NCBI GenBank assembly: GCA_043228905.1
Contig: JBHGNT010000020.1
Span: forward strand, 11,842,001 to 11,906,000
DNA: 64,000 nucleotides
DNA from: Azolla caroliniana
Lineage: Eukaryota; Plantae; Polypodiophyta
Reading direction: 5' to 3'
The position numbers were made by a program, and so were the translations under genes. How positions within the stretch are numbered: position 1 is the stretch's first letter; every line of letters starts with the position of its first letter. The notes beneath the pieces were generated by a model that was given only the letters and a program-made list of their open reading frames with translations, was not told the origin of the DNA and made no database searches. This document shows positions 61,784-64,000 of the stretch, piece by piece.

Positions 61784-63019
61784 AAACCTTAGGGGGGGGG
61801 GGTCTCACAATCTTATCAATGGCTAATCGATTATGCCATTCACAAAACCCATCAACAACAGACTAATTTGTAGGAAAGGTTGGCCTGGCAGGCAATCGTA
61901 AGTCACTTGGTTGCATAGCCTTGTGACCACAAAAGTGAGGTAGAACTCTCCTCCATACGCTTTGCGCTTTTGGTTCACCACCATCCCATTGGGCAGTTGA
62001 ATGGAACCATCCACTATATGTAGTTTGCATTCAGAATTATAATATATTTTTTTCATGCCAATGAAACTTATGATGATCTTGATGAGAACCGCCCTTAGAC
62101 CTCGAACAAGAAGCATGATCTAGAATAATATGATTCAAGACACATTGTGCAAATTCATTTAAGACAAATGGAATAAACATAAATTGACACATGCGTGATA
62201 TTCTCCATGCGCAATATTCTAATATTCGAGAATATGAAATGGCCCCAAGAATATTAAAAAACCATTCGTTTTGTAAAATAAATATAAAATATTTATTTAT
62301 TTATTTAAATAAATTTATTTCACCAAAAAAAGAACAATTATTCATTAATAGATTATAGTGTCAAGAGAGTTTATAAAACTTATTTTAATTAATTAATTTT
62401 TAAAAATCGAATATTTTTATATTTATTATACAAATATGATTAGTATGAACTTTGAAGATATGATTAGGTTAAAGTACTATTTTTAATGTCAAAATAAAAA
62501 TATTCATAAATTTTGGGGGAATAAAAAGTGAGAAATTAATGAGTCTTTATTTTATTTTATTTATTTATTAAAAATAAAACGAATACTTATAACTTATAAG
62601 TTATATATTTATTATAAAAATTTAGTAGTCTCAAATCCCCAAGTACCTCTTTTATTATCCCTATTTATTGTCAAGTTCCTTTTTTTTTATCCTAGGAAAT
62701 TAAAAAAGACAGAGTTTTTTTTTTTTTTGACTTAAACGAATACTTGACCACCCATTCGTATAAGTATTCGTTTGCATTCGAATGGGAAACCCGACGAATG
62801 TGAATATGTCAATCTATATTCTTGTAATAATCTTAGAACTTGGTGAATATGCATATCATGCTCCTTTTGCATCTTGGAAAAGATCAGGATGTCATCTAAG
62901 ATAAATGAAAATTTAGAATTTTTTATCGTCCATAAAGAGGCTAGTTTTGACCTATTTGACTAGAGTATACATGTGTTGTTGATATGTGTCTCCTTCCTAA
63001 AAAGGGAATTCATACATTG

Positions 63020-63290
63020 AAGCACAAAGTCTCTATGCGTGAATACAACATACACATATGAGCTCAACCTTCAAGGTGGTGTCTTAAGTATGGCACTTAA
63101 GTTATCACTCCCTCTTAATATGTCATCATATCTTGAACGAGTTGCACTATATGCCGAGCATGTGAAGAGCAAGTGACATTCATCCTCTACCATGCCATCA
63201 TTGCATACTTTACATGCCTTCAAATTTGTTACATTTTGATACTATGATGCAACTTCAATACCTAACTTGTGAGATCAAGCGCCAAGTAGT
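63020..63290 (-). mobile_element. 3'-terminal fragment of a non-LTR retrotransposon (RTE-X/L2-like C-terminal CCHC region)
   Basis: Minus-strand translation SHKLGIEVAS*YQNVTNLKACKVCNDGMVEDECHLLFTCSAYSATRSRY matches the SH.L.IE.GR...C..C....EDE.H.LF.C..Y...R LINE tail pattern. Confidence 0.65.
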
Positions 63291-64000
63291 GTGAAGACTC
63301 ATATTGATAATGAAATAAGGTTGGATACGATCAATAGGCATTCTTACCTTATGTCGAGACTTAGCTTCTGTTGAAGCTCCTTCTATAAACAGATAATACC
63401 CATTTAGCTATGTAGTGTAACTAGATACCAAACCTTTCCGTTCTAGAAGGTTTGGTGTCCAATGAAGGACGTCCCATGGAACAAAACCTAATACAAAATC
63501 TTCATCTGCTGGGGTGATATCAACATAATTTTTGTAGTCCAAACCTTCGATAGATGGATAAAACAATTTTGGATTTTTTTCCAGATACCTGGTGCCTTTC
63601 TTTTTCGTTGCGGGAGCATAACTATCTGGACTATTACTCAATAGAAGATTCAAATATGAATTATGACTTAGATAAATCGATTTGCGGTGTATAAAAAACG
63701 AGAAGCAAACTACTAGGTAGTGTTGGTTCTAGTATCAACAAAATCACTAAGAATAATGAGAAGTATCCTCATAGATTTCTCAATGTTTTGCTTCTTTACT
63801 AAACGATTGTTACCGAAGTTACTCGCCAAAAATTTGTGATAGATACGATCGATTATTACACCGAGAAGTTGAATTTAGGGTTGACATTTGCCATGTAGTA
63901 TTCTAGCTTTGTCCTCTTAGCACCTTCCCACTTTATCCTTAATGATTCCACAAACTTGTCCACAATCATTACATAATGCATATCATCGCATGAAAGCTCT

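Noticed and set aside
63400-64000. Minus-strand coding-like fragments (ORF 63408-63653 and upstream)
   Set aside because: Possibly exons of a gene or TE running off the window, but no family was recognised and stops interrupt the frames.

Overview
Eukaryotic, repeat-rich plant genomic DNA. A seed-free land plant (fern, lycophyte or bryophyte) is my inference from the retroelement types and is not proven. There are two apparently intact host genes: a 5-coding-exon CRIB-RhoGAP (RopGAP) gene at 29550-32654 (+) and an intronless P-class PPR gene at 34656-36008 (-). The rest is mostly transposons: a Copia element at the left edge, an L1-type LINE (~12.6-18.3 kb), several solo LTRs, and a 25.5-kb nest of at least seven LTR insertions (36332-61783, AAACC target duplication) just upstream of the PPR gene. 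The most unusual region is 3.6-9.3 kb. There a decayed Sola-like/DUF7869-type DDD transposase sits next to an intron-containing gene for a ParB/Srx-like domain plus a prokaryote-type beta-class amino (N4-C/N6-A) DNA methyltransferase, with palindromes in the spacer. This suggests a DNA transposon carrying its own DNA-modification enzyme. A tRNA-Trp-primed Ty3/Gypsy group is also notable: 4-bp CpG-centred target sites, a covarying -1 frameshift pseudoknot after the protease, and a very young pol-less member encoding a 1489-aa Gag/acidic-repeat protein. All calls come from motif recognition by eye; no database searches were run.
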